Under the pieces are notes generated by a model. That model was not told where the DNA came from and made no database searches. It was given only the letters and a program-made list of their open reading frames with translations. From the NCBI GenBank assembly GCA_038087875.1, contig CM075991.1, positions 13,890,001-13,954,000 of the forward strand: a stretch of 64,000 bases of DNA. Direction: 5' to 3'. Below, in pieces: positions 60,896-64,000 of the stretch (position 1 is the stretch's first letter; each line of letters opens with the position of its first letter). This DNA comes from Malacoraja senta. Lineage: Eukaryota. Position numbers and translations under genes: made by a program.

Positions 60896-62096
60896 GCTTT
60901 GTCTATCTTATTGTAACATAGGTACAATGAAAAACATGTTTGTTGTGTGCTGTGCAGTCAGTGGAAATACTACACCTGGTAACAATCAAGCCGTCCACAG
61001 TGTACAGATACAGGATAAGGCAAGATAAAGGCCAGTAAGGATAGTCTCAGGGTCTCCAATGAGATATATGGGAGGTCAGGACCGTTCTCTAGTTGGTGGT
61101 GGGATGGTTCAGTTGCCTGATAACAGCTGGGAAGAAACTGTCCCCTGAATCTGGAGGTGTGCGTTTTCACACTTCTGTACCTCCTGCCTGATGGGAGAGG
61201 GGAGAAGAGGGAGTGACCGGGGTGAGACTGGTCCTTGATGATGCTGATTAGGAGCTGAAGGGTATTTATTGCTGAAGTTTACTGAAGGAGGAAACCACAG
61301 CTTTCGTTGAGTTAGTGACGTGATCATCATAGGCCTTGGGCCTGTTTCTGTGCTGCACCATGACTCTACTGTATTCTAAAACCTTGCAACAGGACATTGT
61401 CTCCCGCCCTGACTGTACGATGGGAGCGTTGCCATGACAATCTCCTCTCCACAGCACCTGACTCAACCAAAAGTAGATCTTCAGTCTGAAGATGGGTCTC
61501 GTCGCCCATTCCTTCTCTCCAGAGATGCTGCCTCACCCGCTGAGTTACTCCAGCATTTTGTGTCTATCTTCAGTTTAAACCAGCATCTGCAGTTCTTTCT
61601 TACACACCTGACTCAACCAACTGGCTGTCACCACAAACAAACATGTTCCTCTGGATCGAAGATACACACAAAATGCTGGGGTAACTCAGCGGGCCAGGCA
61701 GCATCTCTGGAGAGAAGGGATGGGTGACATTTCGGGTGGAGACACTTCTTCCTACACTGTTCATCTGGATCACAGGCGAGACCAAGCGTAAAGTGGCCGA
61801 TCGTTTGGCTGCACACCTCCGCTCAGCCCGCCTAAACCTAACCTGATCTCCCGGTTGCCAAACACGTTAACTCCCCTCCCATCCCCACACTGAGCTTTCT
61901 GCCCTTGTATTCCGTCTGCAACGTAAATGGGAAAGTTGCTGATATTTTTGATGGGATACGATAAAAGATGTGGAACAGCCAACCGGATAACTGGGTATGA
62001 GGTCCAGGGACCAAGATCTCCTGGGAAAAATGGACATCTTCTCCATTCAGCGTCGGGAGCTCTGTGGGGGTGAGAGGGGAGTGGTTGGGGAGCAGA

Positions 62097-62403
62097 GTTT
62101 ATTTTAGTTTAGTTTAGAGATACAGTGCGGAAACAGGCCCTTCGGCCCACATTTACCAGCGATCCCCTTACATTAACACTACCCTACACCCACTAGGGAC
62201 AATTTACATTTATACCAAGCCAAATAACCCACAAACCTGTACGTCTTTGGAGTGTGGGAGGAAACCAATGATCTCGGAGAAAACCCACGTGGGTCACGGG
62301 GAGAACGTACAAACTCCGCACAGACAGCACCCGGAGTCAGGATCGAACCTGGGTCTCTGATGCTGTGAGGCAGCAACTCTACCGCTGCGCCACTGTGCCA
62401 CCC
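62097..62403 (-). mobile_element. HE1/V-SINE-like SINE
   Basis: Same consensus. Confidence 0.85.
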
Positions 62404-62579
62404 CTGTCTATTACAAACCTACTCATTCATGCAACTATCTATACTACACTTCTCTGAGCAGTATGAATATTGACTTCTCTAACATCAAGTAACCCTCTCT
62501 CTCCATCCCTCCCTCATCCTAGTTCTCCAACCAGTCTGACTGTTCTCCTGATAACATTTTATCTTTGTGTGCCTCGCCA

Positions 62580-63258
62580 ACAGTCTGTCTGTCCTTTTTT
62601 CTTTGTGTTATTTTTAGCATGTGTTAAAAAGTATGTTTTAGTGTTCCTTGGTTTGTTTTATGTGGGGGGGGGGGGGGAACTTTTTTCAATCTCTCACCTC
62701 GATGGGGATATGATTTTTTTCCCTATCGTAGCTCCGTCCCCGCTGCGGCCTAACATTGTGGAGTTGGCGGCCTTTCCTGGAGACCGGCCCGGCGCTCCAA
62801 GCCGCGGGAGTCCGCGGGACTTCAACATCGCGGAGCTTGCGATCCCTTTGCCGAGGATCGAAGCTCCAACCGCGGGGCCTGTGGACTTTAACATCGTGAA
62901 GCCCGCGGTCTCTGGTAAGAAGAGGCCGACTCGGGAGCTCCATGCCGCGGGGAGAGTTTCAACCGCCCCGACGTGGGAGTTTCGATCACCCCGAATGGGG
63001 GCTTCGATCGTCGGCTGCGGGGGCTTTGATCGCCCTGACTGCGGATGGTTTGACTGCCCCGATCGCGTGAGAACAAAGAAGAAGAAGATTAGACTTTATT
63101 GCCTTCCATCACAGTGAGGAATGTGGAATCCACTGTGGTGGATGTTTATGTTAACTTTGGTTGTGTGTCTTGTTGCTTTTCACTTAGTATGGCTGTATGG
63201 TAATTAACGTTTCATTGTAACTTAACAGGTACATGTGACAATAAACTGACCTTGAATC
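62580..63258 (+). mobile_element. Unclassified CpG-rich interspersed element ending in a Rex/L2-like tail
   Basis: Internal repeats (ttcaacatcg, gatcgccc) and a catgtgacaataaactgaccttga tail like the Rex1-type ends. No recognisable protein. Confidence 0.4.
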
Positions 63259-64000
63259 TTTGTCACCTTCCCCAAGCTAATGACCTATTCTAGATTTTCC
63301 TTGTACTTCGGCCCCCTAGATGTCTCATTTTCACACCTTACTCTTCCATATCCCCGAGTCTCCCTCTACACTGACCCTCAGTCTGAGGAAGGTTCTCGAC
63401 CCAAAACGTCACGCATTCCTTCTCTCCAGAGATGCTGCCTGTCCCGCTGAGTTACTCCAGCATTGTGTGTCCATCTTTCTTCTCTTGAAGTTGTAGCAAA
63501 CAGAATCGCCAGGGATGGTTAATGCCTCTAAATGTTCAATCAGGTTTGTAGGTTAATTGGCTTGGTAAATGTAAAAATTGTCCCTAGTGGGTATAGGATA
63601 GTGTTAATTTGCGGGGATCGCCGGCCGGCACGGACCCGGTGGGCCAAAGGGCCTGTTTCCGCACTGTATCTCTAAACTAAACCAAACTAAGATCATAAGG
63701 GGAATAGATAGGATGAATGCACTGAAAGCCCTGTCCCACGGTACGGGAATCAAGTTCCAGAGGACGTAAGTTTAAGGTGAGGGGGGGGGGGGAAAGATAT
63801 AATAGGAACCTGAATGGCAGCTTTTTCACACAGAGGGTGGTGGGCGTCTGGAACGAGCTGCCAGAGGAGGTAGTTGAGGCAGGGACTATAACAACCTTTA
63901 AAAGACATTTGAACAGGTACTTGGATAGGAAAGGTTTGGTCTTTTAGTAAATGGCACCAAAATATGGCATCTCATGCATTCGTGAGCAATGCAAAAAGAA

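Noticed and set aside
62470..63117. 215-aa ORF
   Set aside because: It runs across a Penelope remnant, low-complexity sequence and a GC-rich repeat, with no recognisable domain.
39527..64000. Upstream tacc1 exons (expected SDSEGNF.TPEA.TP-like peptide)
   Set aside because: I scanned the non-repeat segments by eye and found no convincing match. The EAET-like string near 42200 has in-frame stops. These exons are probably beyond the window, though a diverged exon could have been missed.

Overview
This is vertebrate genomic DNA, and the repeat content (HE1/V-SINE-like SINEs, CR1, Rex1/Babar, L2, L1/Tx1, Penelope) points to a cartilaginous fish, probably a skate or ray (inference). The whole window appears to lie inside one minus-strand gene, tacc1. 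I traced seven internal coding exons with GT-AG boundaries and consistent reading phase: 39526-38509, a 36-nt cassette exon at 31983-31948, 19420-19360, 12374-12164, 10261-10209, 4320-4177 and 1201-1125. The 5' exons and most of the TACC coiled coil were not found and probably lie outside the window. Exon numbers are human-equivalent labels from memory. The introns are largely transposon debris, which accounts for most entries in the ORF track, and there is a 200-N assembly gap. The most notable non-gene signals are: (1) a TSD-flanked ~137-nt retroposon whose 5' end folds by eye into an HDV/CPEB3-like ribozyme, oriented sense to the tacc1 pre-mRNA; (2) many short Penelope-derived units with a minimal hammerhead core, several with their own target-site duplications and fold-back structure; (3) a conserved cassette exon with a downstream Rbfox motif; (4) inverted CR1 pairs bracketing single exons; (5) CTCF-like motifs carried by LTRs. 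All ribozyme calls are manual folds and untested. Repeat boundaries are approximate and only representative repeat copies are listed.
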